63,588 nucleotides of DNA from a virus (lineage: Duplodnaviria; Caudoviricetes), in IMG/VR virus record IMGVR_UViG_3300045996_002625, positions 1 through 63,588 of that record, one strand, 5' to 3'. Both the position numbers and the translations under genes were made by a program. Below are positions 38,019 through 51,000 of the stretch, piece by piece (positions within the stretch are counted from its first letter, which is position 1; each line of letters opens with the position of its first letter). A model generated the notes under the pieces. The model was not told the origin of the DNA. It saw only the letters and a list, made by a program, of their open reading frames with translations, and ran no database searches.

Positions 38019-39071
38019 ATGGCCGAGATCGATCCAGAACAAGGCAAGTCGCGCCCGATCCGCGGGCAGCGCATCGACCGGACGAGCGGAGCACTGCTCC
38101 CCTTCCTGCGCCTCACCGCGCCGAACACTGGGGATGCCATCAGGGAAACCGAGTATCAAGGCCAGCCCGACGTCCAGATCGAGCCCCTCAGCGACACGGA
38201 ATCGGAAATTGAGCAAATCGACCTCGAAGCGACACAGGCGAATCTCGACGCCGCATCGAGAATCACTCATGGGCGGATCGACTTCCTTCGACTCCCAGAC
38301 ACCCTCGAATCAGTCACCGCCGTCTATTCGTCGTCGATCGGAAATGGGGCAGATGAATTTCCCGCCGACCAGCAGATATCCCTCCCGTGGACCGGAGACG
38401 TCCTGCCAAACCAAGAGTTCAGCCCGACCGCTTCAGCACAATCGTCAGCCAGCGTCGTGTGCGACCTACAGATCGAGATCCGAGAAAACTCAATCGAAGG
38501 AGCAAAGGCGACCTACGTCAGCTTCTCAGTTCCCGATGGAACCAACGACGCCGGCATCATCACAAAGGCGGCCACGCTCCTCGGAGTCACATTGAATACC
38601 TGGCCACGGTGGGGAGCAAAGGCGCACTCGCTGGTCGTCGTCGGGATGAATGTCAACGTCCGCGTCAATGCGCAATCGAAGGCCGCGCTGACCGCCCTGA
38701 CGGTGGAACGCTCATGGGGCAGCGGATACTCCTACTCCGTGGACGTGAACACCAAGATCGTGAACATCGGGCCCACGATCCACGAAGCCCTCGACTTCGG
38801 CGAGAACTTTGTCGAGGTTGAAGCCGAGGCCACCGCTGACGCTTCTACCCCGACGATCAACCCGGCCACCGCCCGGGAGGTGGCAGAGATCGTCAACGTC
38901 ATCACCGAGTCGAAGACCGCAGTCGCCGCCGTTACCCCCACCGGACTCGACGCCACAGAAGTGGAGGCTATCCCCACATCTGGCTACTACGTGCACAACC
39001 TGCGCGCCGGAGAATCAATCTACGGATACACCGAATACCAACTGGAGATCATCAACTTCGGCGATGTCTGA
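38019..39071 (+). CDS. Putative tail protein
   Basis: 350 aa, acidic and beta-rich. Confidence 0.55.
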   Translation: MAEIDPEQGKSRPIRGQRIDRTSGALLPFLRLTAPNTGDAIRETEYQGQPDVQIEPLSDTESEIEQIDLEATQANLDAASRITHGRIDFLRLPDTLESVTAVYSSSIGNGADEFPADQQISLPWTGDVLPNQEFSPTASAQSSASVVCDLQIEIRENSIEGAKATYVSFSVPDGTNDAGIITKAATLLGVTLNTWPRWGAKAHSLVVVGMNVNVRVNAQSKAALTALTVERSWGSGYSYSVDVNTKIVNIGPTIHEALDFGENFVEVEAEATADASTPTINPATAREVAEIVNVITESKTAVAAVTPTGLDATEVEAIPTSGYYVHNLRAGESIYGYTEYQLEIINFGDV

Positions 39072-39438
39072 CCAAACCGATAAGCGCAAATTCCGGAAGA
39101 ACTTCCAACGTGGAGTTGGCATCACCCCGCAGGGCGCCCGGGAACGACTGGCAGCCTTCGACCAGCGACTGTATGAACAGACCACCTCGAAGCGGGCCGA
39201 GGAAACAATCACCTTTGACGACGGAAACCCGAATGGAGACAACAGCCCCAAGGTGAGCGTCTCGGCCCCGGCCAGCAAAAGCACCACGGGATTCATGCAC
39301 GCGCAGTACGGCAACGACCCACTGGCAAGAGGAGGCGCAGGCACCGCCTCGGGCGAGCAGAAGACCATCATCATCGACGACAACGGGATGCTCAATTATT
39401 ACATCATCCCCGCGACGCTCGCAGGGGAAGTGACGTAG
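39064..39438 (+). CDS. Hypothetical tail-module protein
   Basis: Coupled ORF. Confidence 0.55.
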   Translation: MSDQTDKRKFRKNFQRGVGITPQGARERLAAFDQRLYEQTTSKRAEETITFDDGNPNGDNSPKVSVSAPASKSTTGFMHAQYGNDPLARGGAGTASGEQKTIIIDDNGMLNYYIIPATLAGEVT

Positions 39439-40115
39439 TGGCCGACAACATCCACTTCCTGACGAATAATCCGGCCGACCCAGCCGACGCCTACGGCTGC
39501 TCTGGTTTCCCATTCAAAATCGCCACCAGCGCGCCATCTCCAGAATACTACCCAATCGCGCTTGCCAGGCACGATCCAGACCCCACCGCCCCGTCGTGCT
39601 CGAAATGGAGCCTCCGAACGCGCATATGGAAGCCGACCACGGACGGCACCGCAGGATCCGTCTCCATCCCGAGCGTCAACATGACGGACTTTACGGGACG
39701 CACCCGGGAGCTTGAGATACGACAAGGCGCAGGAGCAGGTACCGTTTTTCAGACGCTATCGGGGACCGGATACGACCTCAACTTCGAGATGTTCGGCGAC
39801 CCATTGCCGAAGCTATGGAAGGACGGGACCGATTACAAACCGCAGATCAACATCGCTGGATCCATCAACGACGGGATGGGAAACACCCTCGAATTCAACA
39901 GCGTCGAGTCCGAGCTATCAGGCCCATCCACAGGATCGATCACTGGCAAAATCGACACCAAGGACATCCCGATCTACATGATCGCCACGGGAACAGCATC
40001 GATGACCAGTTTTGAACTCAACCCGAGCGAGTTCTGGCCGTACGATTACCAAGGCGATCCAATATACGACACCGCCACCGGCGCGATTCTGCCAGGCATG
40101 GACCCCACGCTTTAA
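39438..40115 (+). CDS. Hypothetical tail-module protein
   Basis: Ends EFWPY....PIYDTATG. Confidence 0.6.
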   Translation: MADNIHFLTNNPADPADAYGCSGFPFKIATSAPSPEYYPIALARHDPDPTAPSCSKWSLRTRIWKPTTDGTAGSVSIPSVNMTDFTGRTRELEIRQGAGAGTVFQTLSGTGYDLNFEMFGDPLPKLWKDGTDYKPQINIAGSINDGMGNTLEFNSVESELSGPSTGSITGKIDTKDIPIYMIATGTASMTSFELNPSEFWPYDYQGDPIYDTATGAILPGMDPTL

Positions 40116-40180
40116 AGCATGCCCCGCACGTGGAACGAATTTGACAAGACCTGTGCGAGAGTATCACGCTAAACGCACGT

Positions 40181-40816
40181 ATGGGACGCAACTTCATCGA
40201 CATCTACTCCGAGGAGCGCGCCAAGCGCTCCGCCGACCGCCACGCGCGCGCCGCCGCGGCAGTCGCGCTCAACGGAGGACGTAGCGCACCTCCGGCAGCC
40301 GCGAGTCGGCCAATGGGACTCACTCCCGAAGCGAAATGGAGAAATCGATTCCCGATCGAAGCAACCGCCGCCCCGGCAGCGACCACCGAAACCGCCGGCC
40401 TCGTCAGCGCCATGGCCGTGCCGAAAACGTCCAGCACCCCGCCTTCACAAACGACCCCACTCCCGAGCATCACACGCAGCATCGCCCCCACCCCCGCGCG
40501 CGGTGGATATGAAGCCCCAGGGCAAGCCGGCGCCGCCGCCATCGCGCAGCAGTACAGCACCCCATCCGCGCCAGCACAACCGAAGATCTTCACCCCCGAC
40601 AGCCCCGAGCGATCGAGCCTCTTTGCTTCGCACCCGGCAATTTTCCAAGCTGGCACCCCGGAGAACGCCGCCTACGTCGCATTTGCCAAGGCGAACGGAG
40701 AGGACGCCGCGATGGCGAATCTCAACGCGATCCTCGCCCCTCCGGCTCCGCAGCAGAAAGCCCCGCTTATCTCCGCCACCGCCCCGACCCCGGCACCGCA
40801 GGAAGAGGAGGAGTAA
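40181..40816 (+). CDS. Ala/Pro-rich putative internal virion protein
   Basis: Position before ejection-like genes. Confidence 0.55.
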   Translation: MGRNFIDIYSEERAKRSADRHARAAAAVALNGGRSAPPAAASRPMGLTPEAKWRNRFPIEATAAPAATTETAGLVSAMAVPKTSSTPPSQTTPLPSITRSIAPTPARGGYEAPGQAGAAAIAQQYSTPSAPAQPKIFTPDSPERSSLFASHPAIFQAGTPENAAYVAFAKANGEDAAMANLNAILAPPAPQQKAPLISATAPTPAPQEEEE

Positions 40817-40819
40817 CCC

Positions 40820-42001
40820 ATGGCGACACTCCTCGACGAAGAACAGCAGCCCGTAGATCGCACCCGGGCCATTCTCGCGCGCCAAGTCATCCCCGGCATC
40901 GACGCCGCGGAACTGAAGCGAGAATCGGTCGTCCAAGACCTCGCCGCGCAGAAGCAAGCGATGGAGATCGCCGCGCAGGCCAATACCCGTGCCGCCGCAG
41001 ATGCCGCCAGGGCGCCGATGATCGATGCTCGAGCAGCCGCGCAGGAGCAGCGCGAGAGCGCCGCCGAAGCCGCTCGGAATGAGGAAGCGCTCGCGCGCGT
41101 GGATGCCATGCGCTGGACCGGCGACACGCAATACCAGACCCCGTATCACCAAGCCCCGCCCGAAGCTCGCCAGCATTTCTTCGACGCCTACAGCCCGATC
41201 GTGGCCGCAAAGGCTCCGCAAATTTGGAACGAAGCCATCGTCGCGAACACCAGCCGCATCCCAGGCATCGATCCCGACGCCGAGGTGACCGTCCAGCAGG
41301 ACGAAAAGGGCGGCATCAGCCGCGTCTACCGGACGGCACCTGCGAAGGAAGCAGAGGGACTCGTCTTCGCCAGCCCCGATGCCGCCGAGGCCGCAGGATT
41401 CAGCGCGGAGGGCGCGGAGGTTCTCCCCAACGGCAGCATCCGCGTCACGAAAATGGCGCGCGTGGACAAGAGTCGCGCGAAGTACACCGAGGCGGAGTCG
41501 AAATCGATCGTCTATCTGGACCGGATGAAGGACGCCGAGAAGGGAATCCAGCGAGTGATGCAGGAGGGATTCAACCCGGCAAGCGCCGGAGGATCATTCG
41601 ACCGGGTCACGGCCGGGACGTGGGCAAACTTCATGTCCTCGCCGAAAGGAAGGCAGTATGAGAACGAGCAGCGCAACTTCCTCGCCGGCGTGCTGCGCAA
41701 AGACACCGGCGCCGCGGTGACCAACCGGGAATTTGACCTCTACGGTCCGATGTTCTTTCCGCTTTACGGCGACGATCCAGGGACGGTCCAGCAGAAGGCC
41801 AGAAAGCGACAAGTGGCGATCGATGCCATCCAGCGCGGACTCTCCTCCGACCTCATCCTCAACGACGCCTCTCAAGACGTTTTGCCGCCGGCAGCAAATG
41901 GCGCCCCCAGCGCCACCCCTCAAGCCAGCAACGGAAAACCAAAGATGGTGCGGCAGAATGGAGTGATCTACACTCTCCAGCCCGACGGAACCTACAAATA
42001 G
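40820..42001 (+). CDS. Putative DNA ejection protein
   Basis: LRKDTGAAV..E......FP..GD....QKA..R motif; precedes the giant gene. Confidence 0.65.
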   Translation: MATLLDEEQQPVDRTRAILARQVIPGIDAAELKRESVVQDLAAQKQAMEIAAQANTRAAADAARAPMIDARAAAQEQRESAAEAARNEEALARVDAMRWTGDTQYQTPYHQAPPEARQHFFDAYSPIVAAKAPQIWNEAIVANTSRIPGIDPDAEVTVQQDEKGGISRVYRTAPAKEAEGLVFASPDAAEAAGFSAEGAEVLPNGSIRVTKMARVDKSRAKYTEAESKSIVYLDRMKDAEKGIQRVMQEGFNPASAGGSFDRVTAGTWANFMSSPKGRQYENEQRNFLAGVLRKDTGAAVTNREFDLYGPMFFPLYGDDPGTVQQKARKRQVAIDAIQRGLSSDLILNDASQDVLPPAANGAPSATPQASNGKPKMVRQNGVIYTLQPDGTYK

Positions 42002-42007
42002 ACAATC

Positions 42008-45000
42008 ATGGCCTTCGATCCCTCGCAACCGTTCGAGGTTTTGGACGAGGAGCCGAAGGATAAGCCGCCCTTCGATCCATCCAAGCCTTCGGAACCCGTA
42101 ACCGAAGCACCGGCCGCGACGGCAACCAAGCCGCCGTTTGACCCGACACAGCCCACCGCGCCGGTTTCGGACCAAGACCTGATCAACGACGACACGTTCG
42201 ATCCAGCGTCGCACGCCGCACAGAATCCCGACGACTTCGATCTGGCCTTCCGAATCGACCAAGCCCGCCGCGCGCGACCACTCGGGGAGAAGGCTGCAGA
42301 ATTCGCGGAGACGGTCGCCACGCCGGCCACGTGGGGACACGCGGTCAAAGGCGTCGTGAACTTCCTGACTGGTTTTCCCCAAGTCGCCACGAACACCGTC
42401 CAAGCGATGCTACCTGACGCCGTGCTGAGGACGGCGAAGCAGAACCCAACGCTTACGAGAATGGCGACGATGGTCAACCCATGGGCAGGCCAGGCCATGC
42501 TCGATGCGCCGGCAAAAGAAACCCTCCAAGCCGAAGCGACCCTTACCGGACAACACGGCGAGGAAGCCATCAAACGCCTCGGTCGCATCCTCGAATGGGG
42601 ATCAAAGCCGCTCAAAGAGAAGCGCACATTTCGAGACGAAGACGGAAACCTCATCGAGGACACCGGAGAAGAACTCAAGCCCGTTCAGTCGAAAGAGGAC
42701 GCCAAGCGCGAATACTTCCAGCGCCTCGTCGAAGCCGCGAAGAACCAGATCGCGCTCTCCCAAGGGCAGCCTCTCGAGACGGGCCCGATTGCCGAGCTCT
42801 ACCGCCTCGCCGGATCCAGCGCGACCGAGGAAGTGGGACCAAAGGAACTGAAGCGGATCGGAGCCGAACCCGTCTCCCAGGAACGCATCGAGCGCATGGC
42901 AGCCGCCACGGACCCGCTGAACATCGCCCTTGCCGTCGCCCCGAGCATCCCAGGCGCGCGCACGATCGGCGGTGCCGCGACGGAGGCCGCGGGAAAGGCA
43001 ATTACCGGCGCCGGAAAGGTTGTCGGCGCAACGACCAACGTCGCCACGTCACCATTGCGCATGCTTCGCCGAATGGCGGATCCCGCGAGCGCCGCCGCCA
43101 GCGCTGCCACCGAGGCCACAGCCCAGCAGGGAGCGCGAGGACTGCAAGCACTCGGAGACGCCATCGCCCAGCAGGGAAAGGAGATGCGAACCGGAGTACC
43201 GAGCGCGCTGACCACCAAGTCGGCCACCGCAACCGCCGCCGGCGAGCGTGCGCTGGGAACCGATGCCCTGCGGAAAACCGGCGACGTCGTGGCGCACGGA
43301 GCCGCCACCGCCGCCGGCATTGCCCCGCTGAACGTCGCGCTCTCCGAAGGCGACCCGCGGCAACTCGCAGAACTCCAAGTCGGCGCCGGAGTCTTTGGCG
43401 CCGCCCTCGGAGGCCTGCGCCGCAATCGCTCCATGCTTGTCGAAGGCGTTCGCCCACACCTGCGCTCGGAAGGAGCCCGCGCGCTCGCCGAGGCCGGCGA
43501 AGGAAACGACACGCTGGCTACCCGCAGCGCGCGCTTCGTCATGAGCCTGCCCGAGGCCGCGCGAGATCGAGTGCTCGAGACGATCGGAGCGCTTCAGGGA
43601 CTCCCTATCGAAACCGCCAATGGGCGCCAGCGCGCGAAGGTGTACGTCCTCAGCGAAGGCGACTACCTCGCCGCTCAGCGGAACATCATGAAGGGAATGC
43701 CAGGCGCAGAAGGAGGAGGCCGAGGATTCTTTAACGGTCCAGACGGAGCCGCCTACATCAACGGCGAATACCACACCGGATTGCCCGCCAGCGAACTTGT
43801 GCACACCGTCGGGCATGAGTTTGGAGGCCACGCCGCGATCAGCATCCTTCAGGCCGTAGGCTCGCGAGGGGGCCCGCTCTACGACGGAATGATGAACACC
43901 GCGCGGAAAGCGCTGTATATCCGACCCCCGACCAAGACGAAGCCGGGAATCCCCACGCCGGAGTTCCGCAAGTTTGTCGAAGGCTACAACCGAGCGTTTG
44001 ACCCGACCGGGAAAACGAAGCAGATCGACGTCAACGATATCGCGGCCGTCGACGAGTTCATCTCTGAAACGGCCGGCCAAATCATGGCGGGACGTGGGCC
44101 GGGAGAACTCGCCATCCCCCTGAACATTCAGGACAAGATCGCCGGAGGAGTCGCCGACTTCATGGCGAAGACCATCGGCATGGGAGGAAAAAACAACCTC
44201 ATCGGATCGAAGACGAACTTCGACAGGACCGAATCCGCCGAAGTCACGCGCACCGTTCAGGAAGTGCTATCCGAACTCGTCGGCATGAAGCTGCGGGACG
44301 GGATGGAGATCCCCGAGGCCGAGAAAACCGTCGCCACCAGGCGCGCGGAACTGACCGAGGTTCTCAACCGACCGGCGCCGCCCGACACCGCGCCTCTCAG
44401 CGCACGAGAGCAATGGGTGGCGGAACGGAAGGCAGCGCAGAAGGAACTCGACCAGTTAATGACTGGACCGAAGCCGAAGGAAAGCGACTTCACGGAGCAG
44501 CCCGCCGGCCCCGTGGACAATTCCATGACCGGGATGAAGAACCGCGTCGCAGCCACCCTGCGCACGGAGGGAGTCGACGCCACGGAAGCCTCCCGGGTGG
44601 CACAGATCGCCAACGGCATCACCCTCGCGGAAATGCTCGCCGACGCCCGGGCCAAGGTCGGCAAGAAGCAAACGCCAGAGATCAACATCCCCACCGCCCT
44701 TGAGCCCCCATCGCCTGCGGCAGCGATCAAACCAGAATCGGCACTGAAGATCGAATCGCCAGCCGACGTCACCGAGGGAGCGATAGCCGCGCTCATGAAG
44801 ATGGGCATCGGAAAGAACCAGGCGAAGGCGCTCGTCAGGCTGGCGAACCAGCAGCACGGCAGCCCGATCATGGATACCCCGCACCTCGCCGCGGGAGCCT
44901 TCAGGATCCACGGCGGAGGCTCGGTCAAGTCGGGAGAATGGATCCCCAAGCCCGCCGCCCCGAAAGCTCCAGTGACCGCTGCCAGTGGGATGCAATTCCG

Positions 45001-48000
45001 CGACGAAGCTGGGAACACGAAGATGGTTGTTTCGACCATCGACAGCGCGCCGCAAGTCGGCGACGTGGTCATGACCCGGGACGGAGAGCTACGCCGCGTT
45101 ACTCGATCCATTGGCGACACCATCGACACCGCCAGGACGATCGATCCCCTCACTACCCGCGGAACGAAGACGCACAAGCTCGACGACGTCGCCGTCGTCA
45201 CGCACGACTACGCGCCAGAATCGACAGCAGCAGGCACGGTAGCCCCGCCAGCACCACCGCAGCCCAAACTTCGAGTGGAACCCCGCGGCGACCGATTCAT
45301 CGTCGTCGACGAGGCCGGAAACAACGCCACCAAGACGACCTACGCCAGCCAGCGCGACGCCGAGGCCGCGATCGCCAAGACCGGCAAGCCATCGACCTTT
45401 GACATTCCCAAGAGCGCGGACGGTAATGACGTGATCGACGCCATCCTCGAAAACGGAGGGATGGATCTCTCCGGCATGAGCAAGGAGGAATCCGAGAACG
45501 TCTTCCCACACCGCGGCATCTGGAAAAACAAGCTGATCACCGGCAACCGAAACCAGCCGCCCGATGAGATGGCGCGCATTCTCCTGAACGACTACGGCAT
45601 CGGAGACGGCGACGCTCGAACGATGTTTGATCTCATCAGCCAAGCGATCACCGCCCGTAAATCGCTTCGGTTGCAGACGAAACTTGCCGAGCGCGCCGAA
45701 AAGGGGAAGGCTCCAACCACCAGCAATGAACCAGCCCCAACCGAATCCTCCGAGCCTCCGCCAACTGAAGAAGTACCGGGCAAGTCAACGCTCACAGCGA
45801 ATGACACTAAGCAATCTGCTCCTGCGCCGGAACCCGCTCGCCTTTCGCCGGCCGATGTTGATCGTATCGCTGCCCAGGCCGAAGCGGAAGTAATCGCCGC
45901 GCGCGCCGGCACGAAGAAGAAAGAGAGCACGCTTCCGAAGGAGATCAGCGACGCGCAGATCGACGCCGTCGCCGACGCCCACGAGCAGGGACTGCCGGCC
46001 AATTACCAAGGCGTCAGGTTGCGCACGGATGCGATGGGGAAAAAGACGATCACCGGGACATTCAACCCGAGCCGGCCGTTTGACGCCTTCCTGCTCAAGC
46101 TCGCCGACCTGAGTGAAACCGCCGTCGGACACCTTCAGGCACTGCAGCAGCGCCTCGGGCAGACCGTCACGATCAACTACAGCCACGCCCCGGAGCGTGA
46201 AGGGATCGCCACCGGCGAAGGGCGCCGATCGGCCCAGAAAGAAAGCACCGCGCAGGCCCGCGCCTCCGGCGAGGCCGAAGCACAGGCCGCGGACAAGAAC
46301 TTCATCCCCCTCGAGGTTCGCTTCAACAAGGGGAAGGACACCCCGAGCATCACCGTCCTCGGAGCCAGCCCTGAGAAGCTGCTGAACAACTTCAATCACG
46401 CCAAGAAGGCGCTGCAGGAGTTCGGAGAGCCCGTCCCGTATCGCGACATCCACGACCCGCACCTCGTCGGCGACATGAAGGGAGTGGCCAGGAACCACGC
46501 CAACGGATGGAAGGGCGACGGAAGCGCGCGCATCGAAGGATTCCCCGACGTCAATGTGCCCACGCCGGAGGCCGGGTATAAGCCCTACGAAATCCCAGCC
46601 GACCGATTCGACTTCCTCAACCTCATTCTCGGGCAGGAGAGCGCGAAGACCGGCGTGAAGGGAATCAGCGCAGAGCAGAAGCTCAAGCAGGGACTCGCCG
46701 TGAAGAACAGGATCCCGATGACGGAGGCCGGCGAGACGAACCTCCTGCGCGAGGCGATCAACCGCGGGAAGGGAGAGGTGATTGGACGCGACGGCAAGCC
46801 CACCACGTGGAGCAAGGCGACGCTTGAAGACCCGATGAGCGAGGCGCTCCGGATCGACCTCGTCAATGAGGTGAAGCCTGCCACCGAGAACACCGACGCC
46901 AGTATAAGGCCCCATGGCTACAAAGGTGAGATCGATCGATTCTTCGCCGAGGGCAGCCCCAACCGGACGTTCAGCGCGGCCGGCTTCATGCCAGAAACCC
47001 CGCGCGACAAGGCCCGGGACCGAATGGCGCGTGAGCACGGAGCGATCTACCAAGGAGTCGAGAACGGCCTCGCAGCGTTCAAGGACGAGCAGACCGGCGG
47101 CAACTTCAGCCTGCCCGAGAAGGACATCACCAGCGAGGCGATCAAGGCCAAGGTCGATGACGTCCGAAAGAACTTCGAGGGCGACCAGATCGACACGCCG
47201 GAGAAGCTCGAGAAGTGGATGCGCGACCAAGGCCTGCAGTTCATGCCAGCGCAACTCGCAGGCACCGAGGAAAGGCCGGCCGCGATGAAGAAGCGCGCTC
47301 TGAAGCTATGGGTGGAACAAGGCACCGACTCGCCGTTTTTCCAAAAATGGTTCTCCGGCAGCAAGGTTGTCGACGAGAGCGGAAAGCCGCGGCGCGTTTT
47401 CCACGGCAGCAGGCGGGCCGACAGGATCGACACGTTCAAGGCGAAGCGCGCGACTTCTGGTCCGATGGCATTCTTTTCCGACGACCCGATGATCAGCAGC
47501 AACTACGCGACGAGCAAGCAGGACACATCGCTTGAAGCCCCGTCCGACTACGCCGGATGGTTCAAATTCAAGGACAAGGGAATGAGAACGCCGATGGACA
47601 TCGATCGGGCGTGGTACGCCCTCACTCCTGAGCAGCGCAGTTCCGTATTAGAGCGAATCTATACGATCGGCCATGAGAATCACGATCAGGCAGAAGGTCC
47701 GATTGTTCCCAATTCCCAGAGCATCATGGGGAAGGACGGAATCGACTACGAACTTCGACAGGCGCGAGGCAACGGCCTGCGCGCACTCGTCGAAATCTGG
47801 CTAAATAGCGGCTCTCTCTTTAACGACGAGGAGCAGTTTATGGACGTCCTGAAATCAGCCGGCGTTCCAATGGAGAAGGTGTCATTTGAGAGCCCATGGA
47901 AAGAGGTGCCAGGCGTGCTTCCTGTTTACCTCTCCATCCGGAACCCCCTCGATACCGCCAACATCCCAGAGAGCGTGCTGCAGGCGCTCGAAAACGCAGG

Positions 48001-51000
48001 GAAGAGGAAACGATCAAAGACCCCAGCCGGCGGAAATTCCGACGCGTGGGACAAGAACACCATCAGCGGCCCCGAGTGGATTGCAGCCCTGCGCGAAGAC
48101 GCGAAGAACGGAACCACCTACGCATGGACACGCATTCCAGACTGGGCGACCGAAACGCTTACCAGACTCGGATACGACGGCGTCAAAGACACCGGCGGAA
48201 AGATGGGCGGACAATCGCACGGCGTGTGGATCCCATTCCGAGAGAATCAGGTGAAGAGCGCCACCGGAAACCAAGGCACTTTCGACCCGAGCAATCCGGA
48301 CATGCGCTTCATGCCGGCGAGCACCGAGGATATCGGATCGATCGGGGAGCGATATCGGGATCGGCTCGACACGAGAGCATTCCTTACCAAGAGCGGAGGG
48401 AATGACATCATCAAGCTCGACCACATCCAGGCAAAGAAGAGCGCACCAGCAGGAACCGGCAGCGACTACATGCGCGAACTTGTAAAATACGCCGACGATC
48501 ATGGACTAACGATCGCTCTCCAAACGGCGACGAAGGGAGATCTCGACTCGTCATCGGAATTCAAAAAGACATCCTCTCAGAGTCGACTGAAGGAGTTCTA
48601 CTCCCGCTTTGGATTCAAGAGCAATTACGGCAAGCGCAGCTATCGCGCAGACCTCCCGGGCAACATGCATCGAGAACCGAAGACGACAAAGGCCATGCCC
48701 TCCGACCGCGAGCGCACCATGCCCGAAGGCTTCTACAGCGGACTACAGCGCACACTCGAGGAGAAGATGCCCAACAGCGCGCCGGCTGCTCAAGTGCTCG
48801 CCATTGCCCGCGGAGGAGCCAAGGCCGAGGAACTCAAGTGGACCGACCTCGACGGTGCCGTGAAGCGCATCGCGGCCGAGAATGGCGGGAAGGTTCCAAA
48901 GCAGGCGCTGCTCGATCACCTCGCCACCGATGGAGCCGTCCGATTCAAGGAGGTAAAACTCAGCGATTCGAAAACAGCCTCCGATCCTGACCTTGCCAAG
49001 AAACTCTCTGAGGCATACGCCGAGCGAAACCAATGGCGCGACATGATGGAGGCCAAGCTCGGAGATCCGCGAGACTGGCCACCAGCAGAGCGCAAGGAGC
49101 TTTCAAGACGCACTGCCGAGATCGAGGAACTGGAGAAGCAGCGCAACGAAGATTCAAAGTCCCAACAGGATGCGAAGCCGAAGTTCTCCCAATACACCCT
49201 CCCAGGCGGGAAGAACTACCGGGAGATCGTGCTGACGATGGAAGCACCAAATCAATACGCAGTCAGGAACAACAAAACCAAAGAAGTCAGGCCGTTCTCA
49301 ACCAAGGAAGCAGCAGAGAAATACATCGACCAAAATAGAACGAGCGGACTCGGGAGCGAATTCACATTGATAGGCCGCAACCTCCAGGAGACCGCCCAGA
49401 GCTTCACGAGCTCCCACTTCCCCAACGCCGGGAACTACGTCGCCCACATGCGACTCGCCGACCACGTCGACGCCCAAGGCCGAGAGGGGACGCTGATCGA
49501 GGAGAACCAGAGCGATCGGCACCAGCAAGGCAGAGAGAAAGGATATCGCGACGATGCCCGACTCGCCGAGATTACAAAAGATGTTGAGGCAACACCTCCG
49601 AACGATTGGGGTCAGATCGCAAACCCAAATTTCGAGGAACAGACCCGCCTCATGCAGGCCATCCCCGACGCACCCCTCCGAAAGACCTGGCACGAATACC
49701 AATTCCGTCGCGCGCTGCAGGACGCGATCGCCACCGGAAAGGAGTGGATCGGATGGACGACTGGAGATACGCAGGCCGAGCGGTACGATTTGAGCAAGCA
49801 AGTTGATCGAATCGACACAGTTCGAAACAAAGACGGCACCTATTATCTGCAAGCGATCGAGAAGGGGAACCGAGCCGCCCACGACCTCGGGGAGAGAATC
49901 CCGGCAGACAAGCTGGCAGATTTTGTGGGAAAGGAACTTGCCCAGAAGATTATCGATCAGCCTCGGACGGTCGCCAGATTCGAAGGGGCAGACCTCAAAG
50001 TCGGCGGAGAGGGGATGAAGGGATTCTACGACAAGATCATGCCCTCCTACGTCTCCAACTACGTGAAGAAGTGGGGAGGGAAGGTCGAGCAGGGACGGAT
50101 ATCAACCGGAGCCATCACCCCATCGGACACCAGTCGAATGGGGCCAGCCGAAGCGGAAGCCGCACTCCGAAAGGCCGATCAAACGGAACGCGAAGGCGTC
50201 GAGATTTGGAAGGTCGACATCACCCCCGAGATGCGCGAGGCCGTGAAGAAGGGGCAGCCGATGTTCATGCCTGATGCACAGCCCGTCGAAACAGCGACGC
50301 CAGCTCGCCCAGACGCCCGCCAGAACGCGCGCAGCAGGATCGCCGCAGCATCCCAGCCCGAAACCGTCCAGATGAGCAACGCCAGCGTCACCAAGGGCCC
50401 GAGCGTCGTCTTTCTCCCGGCCTACCATGGAACACCCCACAAGGTAGACAAATTCAGCCTTGAGAAGGTCGGCACCGGCGAAGGCGCGCAGGCCTACGGA
50501 TGGGGACTCTACTTCGCCGAGAACCCAAAGGTAGCGGAACAGTATCAGAAGGAACTCGCCCAGCGCGCAGGAGCCTCTGACGAGTGGTTTTTCAAGCCTA
50601 CTGAGGAAGGAAAAGCCCAATTCAACAAGGTTATCAACTTCGCCGATGCCGCGCCTATGATGGCCAGCCAGGGAATGCGCGCGATGAATATAGACACCGT
50701 GAAAGGAGCCGTCGCCAAACTCCGCGAGATGGCCAAGCCGGGCCCCCGAGCAGCCAGCGAACACTACCGCAACGCCTACGCCGGCCTCGCCGACATGCTG
50801 GAGGCTGGAACTCTTAAATTCGAGAAGCCATCGGGGAACAAATACACCGTCGACATCGACGTCCAACCCAATGAACTTCTCGACTGGGACAATCATCCAC
50901 CAGACTCCGTAAAACAGGCGATCAGCGGAGTCGCCAGAGGAAAGCACAAGGAAGCCATGGAAAAGGCACTCCAGATTTTATCCGATGACCCTTCGACCAC

